Of a stretch of 24,000 nucleotides of DNA, positions 13,294-22,814 are shown one piece after another. The notes beneath the pieces were generated by a model, which was not told the origin of the DNA, searched no databases, and saw only the letters and a list, made by a program, of their open reading frames with translations. Within the stretch, counting starts at the first letter, position 1. Every line of letters begins with the position of its first letter. The stretch is from an uncultured Actinobacillus sp. (GTDB lineage: Bacteria > Pseudomonadota > Gammaproteobacteria > Enterobacterales > Pasteurellaceae). The position numbers and the translations under genes were made by a program. The DNA is taken from the NCBI RefSeq assembly GCF_945915845.1, contig NZ_CAMEFX010000017.1:1283-25282 (forward strand), given 5' to 3'.

Positions 13294-14709
13294 TTACAAC
13301 AATTTCATCGCGTATTCATAAACTTGATGCAATAACTGCAATTTTTCTTCATTACCTGAATACTCCTGTACCAAATTATGCATCCGTTGTTCGAAATCTA
13401 TCACACTATTTTCCAATTTACGACGGCGATAGCGTTCCCATTGCAGCTGCTCTGTTCGACTTAAAGTTTTAAAGAAATGACGCGCTCGATAATGTAGCAA
13501 CAAGTCAGGAATACGTTTATCTTCAAAAGTTAATCCATTTTCAATCAGCTTTTCTGGCGGTAATTGGCGTAAAATTGCCATATTGTTTTTATCATTGGAA
13601 CTAAAGAAACCATTATATAATTCAGTTTCCACGTTATCGCTAGGCTCAAATTGACGTTCTTCCTTGAAAATCTCTTCTATTTTTGACCGCACTTCAGGTG
13701 AATGCTGTAATTTCTTGAGATTATCTAGACAATATTGACGATCAATCCCTAATCGTTCTGCGTTTTCAGGTAATAACACCTTAGCGGGTGCAAGAATGGG
13801 GCATTTATTAATATGAACCAATTTCAGCGGAACCGGCACAATCCCCTGTTCTTCTAACACTGATTTTTTAGTATACAAATTTTCGCGCAATTCCACCGCA
13901 CTTTTTGTCAGTAGATCATCAATATTTTGCGATAAATCACAAACAATGACTGCATTTTGATTGATTGGATGCCACGCAATAGGAGCAACCCAAGTACAAT
14001 TACCACGATAATTGCCTAACATGCCGGAAACATGTACCAATGGTGTCATCTCCGCTGTATTAATCAACTTCTCTACTTCCCTTTTACCCCGATTTTCAAA
14101 GAAAAATTGGAATAATTTAGGTTGTTTCTCTTTGATTAATTTCGCCATAGCAATAGTCGCATAAACATCGGACATGGCATCATGGGCATTTTCATGGGCA
14201 ATACCATTGGCTTCAGTTAGCTTCTCTAAGCGGAAACTCGGCATTCCTTCATCATCATACGCCCATTCAATACCCTCTGGACGTAAGGCGTAACAGGCTC
14301 GAACTACATCTAGCAGATCCCAACGAGAATTACCATTCTTCCAACTATATTCATAAGGGTCGATAAAATTACGATAGAACGTGTATCGCGTCATTTCATC
14401 ATCATAGCGAATATTGTTAAAGCCCATAACACAAGTATTCGGCCGGCTAAATTCAGCGAGAATTTTCGCCGCAAATTCAGGTTCACTAATCCCCTTTTCA
14501 TTACATTCTTGTGGCGTAATTCCCGTTACCAAAACCGCTTCAGGTGAAGGCAAATAATCGTTGGTCTGTTTGCAATACAACATTACAGGATCACCGATAA
14601 TATTAAAATCTTTATCGGTTCGAATTCCTGCAAATTGTGCCGGACGATCGCTGGCTGGATTAATACCAAAGCTTTCGTAATCATAAATAAAAAAGGTAAA
14701 ATCCGTCAT
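13294..14709 (-). CDS. sbcB: exodeoxyribonuclease I
   Basis: The ORF has the DEDDh exonuclease N-terminus FTFFIYDYESFG (E. coli: FLFHDYETFG) and H-x4-D (HDAMSDV), with length near the 475 aa of E. coli SbcB. I prefer the ATG at 14709 (MTDFTFF...), which overlaps the upstream stop as TAATG, over the ORF-track ATG at 14730. Confidence 0.93.
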   Translation of the reverse strand: MTDFTFFIYDYESFGINPASDRPAQFAGIRTDKDFNIIGDPVMLYCKQTNDYLPSPEAVLVTGITPQECNEKGISEPEFAAKILAEFSRPNTCVMGFNNIRYDDEMTRYTFYRNFIDPYEYSWKNGNSRWDLLDVVRACYALRPEGIEWAYDDEGMPSFRLEKLTEANGIAHENAHDAMSDVYATIAMAKLIKEKQPKLFQFFFENRGKREVEKLINTAEMTPLVHVSGMLGNYRGNCTWVAPIAWHPINQNAVIVCDLSQNIDDLLTKSAVELRENLYTKKSVLEEQGIVPVPLKLVHINKCPILAPAKVLLPENAERLGIDRQYCLDNLKKLQHSPEVRSKIEEIFKEERQFEPSDNVETELYNGFFSSNDKNNMAILRQLPPEKLIENGLTFEDKRIPDLLLHYRARHFFKTLSRTEQLQWERYRRRKLENSVIDFEQRMHNLVQEYSGNEEKLQLLHQVYEYAMKLL

Positions 14710-15203
14710 TAAATCCGTCTCACCTGCCAAAATACTTTATTCCAATAGGCATTATTCAGTGATGAATAAATTACACCACCTTTTGTTGAAGCGTGTAAGA
14801 ATTGTCCATTTTTGACATAAATGCCCACATGATAACCATTCGGTCCTCGACCTGTTTTGAAGAAAACCAGATCACCTGTTTGAATTTGCTCTTTAGGTAC
14901 TTTCTTACCGTATTTCGATTGTTCCGTTGTGGTTCGTGGCAACTTAATATTAAACCGATCCATAAAAGTGACACGCGTAAAACCGGAACAATCTACACCA
15001 CTACGCGTATTGCCCCCCAAGACATAAGGTGTCCCTTGCCATTCTCTTTGCTGTTCACTTAATAAGGTAATCACCATAATAGGGTCATTTAATTGACCTT
15101 TATAACCAATACCATCATATTCTTCACTACGTAGCCCTGAACAGGCGGCAAGTGAAAAAAGTGCGGTAGTAAAAAGCAGTGCTTTAATTGAAATAAATCT
15201 CAT
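14709..15203 (-). CDS. NlpC/P60 (C40) family peptidoglycan endopeptidase lipoprotein
   Basis: From the ATG at 15203 the product begins MRFISIKALLFTTALFSLAAC, a signal peptide with lipobox LAAC. The catalytic NlpC/P60 motifs are GTPYVLGGNTRSGVDCSGF and GYHVGIY...LHAS. The ORF-track TTG extension to 15239 lacks support. Confidence 0.9.
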   Translation of the reverse strand: MRFISIKALLFTTALFSLAACSGLRSEEYDGIGYKGQLNDPIMVITLLSEQQREWQGTPYVLGGNTRSGVDCSGFTRVTFMDRFNIKLPRTTTEQSKYGKKVPKEQIQTGDLVFFKTGRGPNGYHVGIYVKNGQFLHASTKGGVIYSSLNNAYWNKVFWQVRRI

Positions 15204-15240
15204 ATAAATAATTTTGTGACGTTGTATCAAATAACGCAAA

Positions 15241-15270
15241 AGAAAGAAAAGCTACCCTTTCGAGTAGCTT
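15241..15270 (-). terminator. probable rho-independent terminator after ihfA
   Basis: AAGCTAC (15249-15255) pairs with GTAGCTT (15264-15270) across an 8-nt loop. On the minus strand the hairpin is followed by TTTCTTTCT. It lies 17 nt downstream of the ihfA stop. Confidence 0.55.
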
Positions 15271-15272
15271 CT

Positions 15273-15292
15273 ATTTATTTATTTATTTATTT
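15273..15292. repeat. tetranucleotide microsatellite (ATTT)5, read as (AAAT)5 on the coding strand
   Basis: Five perfect tandem ATTT units read directly from the sequence. The ihfA TAA stop (15287-15289) lies inside the tract. Confidence 0.9.
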
Positions 15293-15580
15293 TGCTTTGG
15301 TTTTCTCTACACGAGCGCGTAGTTTTTGCCCCGGTTTGAACACAACAACGCGACGCGCAGAAACAGGGACACTTTCGCCGGTTTTAGGATTGCGACCCGG
15401 TCGAGATGATTTGTCACGTAATTCAAAATTACCAAAACCTGAAAGTTTCACATCAATACCGCTAGCTAAGGTTGAACGAATTTCTTCAAAAAAACTTTCA
15501 ACAATCGCTTTCGCTTCCGCTTTTGTTAAACCATGTTTATGCACAAGGTTATCTGCAATTTCAATTTTCGTTAACGCCAT
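15287..15580 (-). CDS. ihfA: integration host factor subunit alpha
   Basis: The 97-aa product [12 protein letters not shown]...[48 protein letters not shown] is nearly colinear with E. coli IhfA. It starts 2 nt after the pheT stop, the conserved pheST-ihfA arrangement. Confidence 0.96.
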   Translation of the reverse strand: MALTKIEIADNLVHKHGLTKAEAKAIVESFFEEIRSTLASGIDVKLSGFGNFELRDKSSRPGRNPKTGESVPVSARRVVVFKPGQKLRARVEKTKAK

Positions 15581-15582
15581 AA

Positions 15583-17970
15583 TTAATCTCTCAATGTTGC
15601 ATTAAAACGTTGTTTTAATTCGGTTAGTACCATAGAAATTACCGCATTAATATCTTCTTCTTCCAAAGTTTTCTCTGTATCTTGAATAGTTAAGCTAACG
15701 GCTAAGCTCTTATAACCATCCGCCACACCCGGACCTTGGTAAACATCAAATAAATTTACAGCAACTAATTTATCCCCACCCACAGCACGGCAAGTAGCAA
15801 GAATATCACTCGCTGGCGTAGAATCGGCCACAACTAACGCTAAATCACGGCGGTTTGCCGGGAATTTAGAAATTTCTTTTGCTACGGTTACATTACGTTG
15901 AGTGATTTTCTCAACTAAAATTTCTGCAGCAAATGCTTTGCCATTTAAACCTATTTTTTGTGCGATACTTGGATGGATTTGACCAATGAAGCCAATTTCC
16001 TCGCCATTCAACATAATTGCTGCAGATTGACCGGGATGGAATGCATCATAGGTTTTGGCTACAAATTGTACTTGATTTCCGACCGCAGTTAAACTAAGAA
16101 CGTTTTCAATATAACCTTTTAAGTCATAAAAATCAGCAGGTTCAGATTTTAATGCCCAATGTTCATTAAATTTCGCTCCAGTCATCACCATGCCAAGAAC
16201 AAATTCTTGACGCACACCAAACTCAGCGTTCGCATCAGGAACAAAACGTAAACCAGTTTCAAATAAACGTACACGTGATTGTTGACGATTTTGGTTATAG
16301 GCAACAGCACCCAATAAGCCCGTCAATAAAGACACACGCATTGCCGACATTTCGCTAGAAATTGGGTTTGGTAACACCAATGGCTGTACCGTTGGATGTA
16401 ACAAACTTTGAATTTTCGGATCAACAAAGCTATAAGTAATGGCTTCATGGAAATCTGCAGATACAAGTGCGGTCTTGATACGCGAAATTTCTAAATCCGC
16501 TTCTTTGTGTTCACGCATACGTAAATGGGCTAATGGCGCATTATTTGGAATACTGTTATAGCCGTAAATACGCGCCACTTCTTCAATTAAGTCTTCTTCA
16601 ATTTCAATATCAAAACGCCAGCTTGCAGAAGTCACTGTCCAAATATCGTTTTCATAACGAACAGGTAATCCTAAACGTTGGAAAATATCTGTCACCGTTT
16701 CTGTTTCAATATGATGACCTAATAAACTATCTAGTTTTTCACGGCGTAACTGCACGTCTTTCACTTTTGGTAAAGCTTGTTCACTGACAACTTCACAAAT
16801 TTCACCGGCTTCACCACCACAGATCTCAAGTAAAAGTGCAGTCGCACGCTCCATCGCTTTGTGTTGCAATTCAAAATCCACACCACGTTCAAAACGGTGT
16901 GAACTATCGGTGTGCAAACCATATTGACGGGCGCGACCTGTAATGGCTAATGGCGCAAAGAATGCTGCTTCTAAAATAACCTCTTTCGTTTCGGCATTCA
17001 CACCACTTGCTTGACCACCAAAAATCCCTGCCATGGCTAAAGGCCCGGTTTGATCCGCAATAACCAAGGTATTGCTTTGCAATTTTGCTGTTGTACCGTC
17101 TAAAAGGACTAATTCTTCACCTTCTTTTGCCATACGCACTTGAACCGGTTGTACCACTTTTGCCGCATCAAAGGCATGCATTGGTTGACCAAATTCAAGT
17201 AAGATATAGTTCGTAATATCCACAATCGGGTCGATAGAACGAATACCGCAACGGCGAAGTTTTTCTTTCATCCACATTGGTGTTGCCGCATTCACATTGA
17301 CATTTTTTACACTACGCAATAAATAACGTGGACAAGCTTCAGGGGCCTGTACATCAATTTCTACTTTTTCATCGGAAGTCACCTTAACCGCATCAAAGTG
17401 CGGTGTATTAACAGGTAATTTATTCACTACACCGATTTCACGCGCAATGCCGGCAATACTTAAACAGTCTGCACGATTGGGCGTTAAGCTGATTTCAATC
17501 GCATTGTCGTTAAGATTTAAATATTCACGGAAATCAACGCCAATTGGCGCATCAAATGGTAATTCAATAATACCACTATGATCTTCTGAAATACCTAATT
17601 CACTAAATGAACACAGCATGCCTTCTGAAGGTTGACCACGTAATTTCGTTTTCTTAATTTTAAAATTACCCGGTAATACCGCACCATCAATTGCACAAGC
17701 CACTTTCAAACCTTGACGACAGTTTGGCGCACCGCAAACAATATCCAATAAACGTTCGCCACCAACATTCACTTTGGTAACACGCAATTTATCTGCATCA
17801 GGATGTTGTGCACATTCCACAACTTCCCCAACAACCACACCCGTAAATTCACCCGCTGCAGCTTCAACGCCGTCAACTTCCAAACCAAGCATCGTAATTT
17901 GATCACATAATTGCTCGGTAGTAACGGTTGGGTTAACCCACTCTCGCACCCACTGTTCACTAAATTTCAT
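15583..17970 (-). CDS. pheT: phenylalanine--tRNA ligase subunit beta
   Basis: 795 aa, the size of E. coli PheT. It has the N-terminal tRNA-binding domain [14 protein letters not shown]..., followed by the B3/4, B5 and FDX-ACB-like regions expected of PheT, in the pheS/ihfA context. Confidence 0.97.
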   Translation of the reverse strand: MKFSEQWVREWVNPTVTTEQLCDQITMLGLEVDGVEAAAGEFTGVVVGEVVECAQHPDADKLRVTKVNVGGERLLDIVCGAPNCRQGLKVACAIDGAVLPGNFKIKKTKLRGQPSEGMLCSFSELGISEDHSGIIELPFDAPIGVDFREYLNLNDNAIEISLTPNRADCLSIAGIAREIGVVNKLPVNTPHFDAVKVTSDEKVEIDVQAPEACPRYLLRSVKNVNVNAATPMWMKEKLRRCGIRSIDPIVDITNYILLEFGQPMHAFDAAKVVQPVQVRMAKEGEELVLLDGTTAKLQSNTLVIADQTGPLAMAGIFGGQASGVNAETKEVILEAAFFAPLAITGRARQYGLHTDSSHRFERGVDFELQHKAMERATALLLEICGGEAGEICEVVSEQALPKVKDVQLRREKLDSLLGHHIETETVTDIFQRLGLPVRYENDIWTVTSASWRFDIEIEEDLIEEVARIYGYNSIPNNAPLAHLRMREHKEADLEISRIKTALVSADFHEAITYSFVDPKIQSLLHPTVQPLVLPNPISSEMSAMRVSLLTGLLGAVAYNQNRQQSRVRLFETGLRFVPDANAEFGVRQEFVLGMVMTGAKFNEHWALKSEPADFYDLKGYIENVLSLTAVGNQVQFVAKTYDAFHPGQSAAIMLNGEEIGFIGQIHPSIAQKIGLNGKAFAAEILVEKITQRNVTVAKEISKFPANRRDLALVVADSTPASDILATCRAVGGDKLVAVNLFDVYQGPGVADGYKSLAVSLTIQDTEKTLEEEDINAVISMVLTELKQRFNATLRD

Positions 17971-17986
17971 TCTTTTTTCTCACTTC

Positions 17987-18466
17987 TTATTTTATTACTG
18001 TAAATTTCAAATCTTTGAAAATCGCATTATTAAATTGCGTATCTAATTTATATTCCCCAATAGGATCGTTGGCATTAAATTTCCAACAGAACATAAATTG
18101 ATTGTTAGGCATTTCTGCTTTGACCACATTTCTTGAGATTAAATAATTTTTCTTTTCTTCCACAGATTCAATTTTTGCGATTTCAGGCGGAATATCCAAG
18201 TCAATTGCAGCAGGCGCTTGCAAATATTGTGCAAAGAGGTTGTCCTCTTCCACCACAACATTTCCCACCGTAACACAAACATTACGTGCTTTGGCACGAG
18301 ATAAGCGATTCCCTTTCAACAACTTTGGTTCTTTACCACTCGTATCAAACACCTGAAGCACTGCAATGGGTTGGGCCACTTGTGGTGACGGCTGTGAGCC
18401 AACTTCATTAGCATTAGCAACCGCGCTTATCGCCAAACCCAGTGAAAGCATGATGAATTTTTTCAT
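17987..18466 (-). CDS. hypothetical secreted (periplasmic) protein encoded between pheS and pheT
   Basis: The 159-aa ORF fills the pheS-pheT gap. AGGAA lies 6 nt upstream of the ATG and overlaps the pheS TAG. It has a Sec signal peptide MKKFIMLSLGLAISAVANA|NE with no lipobox Cys, and two Cys in the mature part. Its stop is 16 nt from the pheT ATG. I cannot assign a family. Confidence 0.75.
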   Translation of the reverse strand: MKKFIMLSLGLAISAVANANEVGSQPSPQVAQPIAVLQVFDTSGKEPKLLKGNRLSRAKARNVCVTVGNVVVEEDNLFAQYLQAPAAIDLDIPPEIAKIESVEEKKNYLISRNVVKAEMPNNQFMFCWKFNANDPIGEYKLDTQFNNAIFKDLKFTVIK

Positions 18467-18475
18467 TGCACATTC

Positions 18476-19477
<1,002 letters not shown>

Positions 19478-19534
19478 TTAATCACAATAATAGTTTAAAA
19501 ACAGCCACAATGATAATACTAACTCATTAAAAAA

Positions 19535-20215
19535 TCACGCATTTTCACTGTTTATTTGCGAAATTTGCTGTTGAACAGACATTTTCTTAAAAAACTCACC
19601 ACACTTTGCCATTTTTTCAGGCGAAAAACAGACATCATAAGTTTTACCGAGATACTCAAATTCTAAGCGATAAGCATGCAAATAAGTGCGGTCAATATTC
19701 CTCTGATTTCCTCCATATAGTTCATCCCCCAAAATAGGGCTACCCAAACTTTTCATAGCAACGCGCAACTGATGCGTTTTGCCGGTTTGCGGTTTTAATA
19801 GAAATAAACGCAAATGAGGTTCACAGCTTACGGAATAAAATCGTGTAATCGCAGGATTTTCTTTAGATTTCCGTAACTTCCAAGCTCCACGCCGTGCTTT
19901 TTCCATATCTCCGATAATCAATCCTTGTTTTTTCTTCGGCTTAAACTCCGATAATGCAAGATAGGTTTTTTGAATTTTATGCTGAGCAAATAAGCCTGAT
20001 AAGGTTGCGGCGGCCTTTTCATTTAAGGCTAAAATTAATAATCCAGAAGTCACCTTATCTAAACGATGAACCAACCATACTTGAGGTAACTTTAATTGTT
20101 GTGCGACTAATGTGGTTAACCCAAGTGGTTCAGCATCCTTATGTACACTGATTCCATGGGGTTTATTGATAATGATAAAATCATCAGTTTGTATTATAAT
20201 TTCAAACAATTGCAT
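19535..20215 (-). CDS. RluA-family pseudouridine synthase
   Basis: 226-aa ORF with the RluA-family catalytic motif HRLDKVTSGLLILA (catalytic Asp) and the downstream KTHQLRVAM...PILGD motif. Substrate specificity (rRNA or tRNA) cannot be told from sequence alone. Confidence 0.85.
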   Translation of the reverse strand: MQLFEIIIQTDDFIIINKPHGISVHKDAEPLGLTTLVAQQLKLPQVWLVHRLDKVTSGLLILALNEKAAATLSGLFAQHKIQKTYLALSEFKPKKKQGLIIGDMEKARRGAWKLRKSKENPAITRFYSVSCEPHLRLFLLKPQTGKTHQLRVAMKSLGSPILGDELYGGNQRNIDRTYLHAYRLEFEYLGKTYDVCFSPEKMAKCGEFFKKMSVQQQISQINSENA

Positions 20216-20308
20216 AATCTCACAGAATAAAAATGACAGAGCATTTTAGCACAGACCAAAACACTTCTGTTATCTGTGCTTGCGCTTAAAGACATGAGGA
20301 ATACCACG

Positions 20309-20860
20309 ATGAATACCGTTAAATTATTGCAAACTCGCCGTTCAAATAAAAAGCTTGTTGCACCGGCACCAAATCAAGAACAACTGGAACAGATTTTTCA
20401 AGCTGCCCTACGCACCCCTGATCACGGCAAATTACAGCCCTATCATTTTATCGTCATAGAAAAAGAAGGCTTAACCCGATTAGCGGCAATACTCAGAGAA
20501 GACGCGACGACTATGAATTTAGATGAACGCCAATTTCATAAAATTGAAGGTATATGTCAAAAACCTATGATTATTGGCGTGGTAGCCAAAATAGATAATA
20601 ACATAGAAAAAGTGCCGGCATGGGAACAATTATTAACCGCCGGTTGCGCGGCCTATGGTATCCAACTTGCTGCCCAAGATTTAGGTTTTGATAATGTTTG
20701 GATTACGGGAAAATGGGTCAAAGGCCCGGCTCTACGCCGAGCTTTTCACTGTCAGGAACAAGATGAAATTGTGGCATTAATTATGCTTGGCACAGCAGAA
20801 GAACGTGTGGAAAAAGAACCTAAGACCGGTAAATTAGAAACATTTGTCAGTTATTTATAG
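20309..20860 (+). CDS. ydjA: NAD(P)H nitroreductase family protein, YdjA-like
   Basis: From the ATG at 20309 (GAGGAA 7 nt upstream) the product is 183 aa, the same length as E. coli YdjA, and colinear with it (RRS..KL..PAP..EQL..I..A..PDH..LQP..F.VIE; KVP.WEQ..AGCA). The ORF-track start at 20276 is an unsupported extension. Confidence 0.85.
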   Translation: MNTVKLLQTRRSNKKLVAPAPNQEQLEQIFQAALRTPDHGKLQPYHFIVIEKEGLTRLAAILREDATTMNLDERQFHKIEGICQKPMIIGVVAKIDNNIEKVPAWEQLLTAGCAAYGIQLAAQDLGFDNVWITGKWVKGPALRRAFHCQEQDEIVALIMLGTAEERVEKEPKTGKLETFVSYL

Positions 20861-20896
20861 TGCGTTCTTTAGCACTAGCCGGATTGAGTTTAATAA

Positions 20897-20919
20897 ACCT
20901 AGCACGGCGCGTGCTAGGT
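20897..20919. terminator. GC-rich hairpin between convergent ydjA and yciV, probable terminator
   Basis: ACCTAGCACG (20897-20906) pairs perfectly with CGTGCTAGGT (20910-20919) around a GCG loop. On the minus strand it is followed by TTTATTAAA, beginning 3 nt after the yciV stop. There is no T-run on the plus side. Confidence 0.5.
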
Positions 20920-20922
20920 AAC

Positions 20923-21753
20923 CTATTTCAACACATCCCAAATTGGCTTTATATTTTCAGGCAACCACAAAGATTTACCTAGCTCAATCCAACCACAAGG
21001 AAAATGGAAGTCAGAACCTACGGATCCCAACAATTCATGCTCTTTTGCCCAACGTGCAAGTAAATGGCGTTGGTCAGCGGTTTGTCCGCTTCCGGCGACT
21101 TCTAAACCATCACCACCCCATTCCTTAAATTCCGCAATAAGACGTTTAAGCCAACGTGTCGTCATAGTATAACGCAAAGGATGAGCAAGTACCGCTAAGC
21201 CACCTGATTGATGAATAACATGAATGGCAGTGGGAATATCTACCCAAGCCGATTTGACATAACAAGATTTACCTTGCGAAAGATATTTCTTAAAGGCTTG
21301 ATTTTCATTCGACACCTTACCAATTTGCACCAAATAACGCGCATAATGTGCGCGCGTCACTTCCCCATTGGCTAAACTTTTCGCACCTTCAAAGGCATGA
21401 GGTACACCGATTTTTTCTAGTTTCTCACCAATTTGGATAGCACGTTGTAAACGCGTTTCTGCTTGTTGTTGCAAAAGTGCGGTCATTTCAGGGGAGGTTT
21501 CATCAAACCCTAAGCCGACAATATGAATACCGCGGTTTTCCCATTCTGTCGAAATTTCCACACCATTAATCAGTCTAATACCGCATTGTTCCGCTTGCTT
21601 TCGCGCGTCAGGAATGCCGGAAATACTATCATGATCCGTTAAAGCCAATACATTGACACCCTGCTCAGCCGCGCGTTGCACTAATTCTGCCGGTGTTAAA
21701 ATACCGTCAGATGCCGTACTGTGGCAATGTAAATCATAGACTGGTGTTGTCAT
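20923..21753 (-). CDS. yciV: PHP-domain phosphoesterase, YciV/TrpH (RNase AM) homologue
   Basis: The 276-aa product [21 protein letters not shown]...LALTDHD...GVEIST.WEN..IHIVGL...VLAHP.RY...WLKRL...GSDFH.P..WIELG is colinear with E. coli YciV. Its ATG overlaps the pyrD stop (ATGA at 21750-21753). Confidence 0.9.
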   Translation of the reverse strand: MTTPVYDLHCHSTASDGILTPAELVQRAAEQGVNVLALTDHDSISGIPDARKQAEQCGIRLINGVEISTEWENRGIHIVGLGFDETSPEMTALLQQQAETRLQRAIQIGEKLEKIGVPHAFEGAKSLANGEVTRAHYARYLVQIGKVSNENQAFKKYLSQGKSCYVKSAWVDIPTAIHVIHQSGGLAVLAHPLRYTMTTRWLKRLIAEFKEWGGDGLEVAGSGQTADQRHLLARWAKEHELLGSVGSDFHFPCGWIELGKSLWLPENIKPIWDVLK

Positions 21754-22772
21754 TTAATTTCTTGAACCAACTGTTTAACTAAAGCAGGTCCATGATAAAT
21801 TAAACCTGAATATACCTGTAATAATTCCGCTCCGGCAGCCATTTTTTCTTGTGCATTTTGAATACCATCAATACCACCACTCCCAATAATTGGAATCTCA
21901 CCTTTTAGTTCCTGATGTAACCGGCGAATAATTTCCGTACTTTTATGCTGTAACGGCTTACCGCTTAACCCACCCATTTCTGTGGCATAAGGCAATCCGG
22001 CAACCGTATCACGAGAAATGGTCGTATTTGTTGCAATCACCCCATCCATTTTGTGACGTTGTAATGTATCAGCAATTTGCACTAACTCCGCCTCCGTTAA
22101 ATCCGGTGCAATTTTAACCGCAATAGGCACATATTTATTATATTGATCGGCTAGAATTTTTTGACGTTCTTTAATGCCTTTTAACAAATCATCTAAAGCA
22201 TCACCATATTGCAACGTACGTAAATCCGGCGTATTGGGAGAGGAAATATTCACCGTAATATAATCCGCATAGTTATAGGCTTTATTCAAACAGAAAATAT
22301 AATCATCTTTACCATGCTCAATAGGGGTGATTTTATTTTTTCCAATATTAATCCCCAATGTACCGTCAAAGCGTGCTTTTTTTACGTTTTCAATTAAATA
22401 ATCAATACCGTTATTATTAAAGCCATTACGATTAATGATCCCTTCCGCTTCAATTACACGGAATTGACGCGGCTTGGCATTACCGTCTTGTGCCAATGGG
22501 GTAACTGTCCCCACTTCAATAAAACCAAAACCCATTGCGCCAAAACCGTCAATGGCTTCTGCATTTTTATCTGCCCCGGCCGCCAAACCGATAGGGTTTT
22601 TAAATTTCACCCCCATCACTGTTTTTTCATTGCCTTTCGGACAAGCCAACAAGCTTTTAAGCAGTTGATTTAATAAAGGATGACCTGCAATTTTTAAGGT
22701 TTGAATAGCAAGATCATGCGCTGTTTCAGGTTCTAACGCAAAAATACCTTTTTTAATCAATGGATATAGCAT
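21750..22772 (-). CDS. pyrD: dihydroorotate dehydrogenase (quinone), class 2
   Basis: 340 aa with a class-2 membrane-associated N-terminal extension ([21 protein letters not shown]), GLAAG.DKN, GFGF.EVGTVTP, the ISSPNTP active-site region, and C-terminal GGI....A.EK..AGA.L.Q.YSG.IY.GP. Confidence 0.96.
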   Translation of the reverse strand: MLYPLIKKGIFALEPETAHDLAIQTLKIAGHPLLNQLLKSLLACPKGNEKTVMGVKFKNPIGLAAGADKNAEAIDGFGAMGFGFIEVGTVTPLAQDGNAKPRQFRVIEAEGIINRNGFNNNGIDYLIENVKKARFDGTLGINIGKNKITPIEHGKDDYIFCLNKAYNYADYITVNISSPNTPDLRTLQYGDALDDLLKGIKERQKILADQYNKYVPIAVKIAPDLTEAELVQIADTLQRHKMDGVIATNTTISRDTVAGLPYATEMGGLSGKPLQHKSTEIIRRLHQELKGEIPIIGSGGIDGIQNAQEKMAAGAELLQVYSGLIYHGPALVKQLVQEIK

Positions 22773-22814
22773 GATGTGTTTTTTCTACTCCGAGTTAAAA
22801 GTGCGGTCAATTCA

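Noticed and set aside
15216-15605. 129-aa plus-strand ORF overlapping ihfA and the ihfA terminator.
   Set aside because: It is antisense to the unmistakable ihfA gene. It begins within the 5' end of the NlpC/P60 gene (start 15203) and runs through the ihfA terminator hairpin, so it is not credible as a gene.
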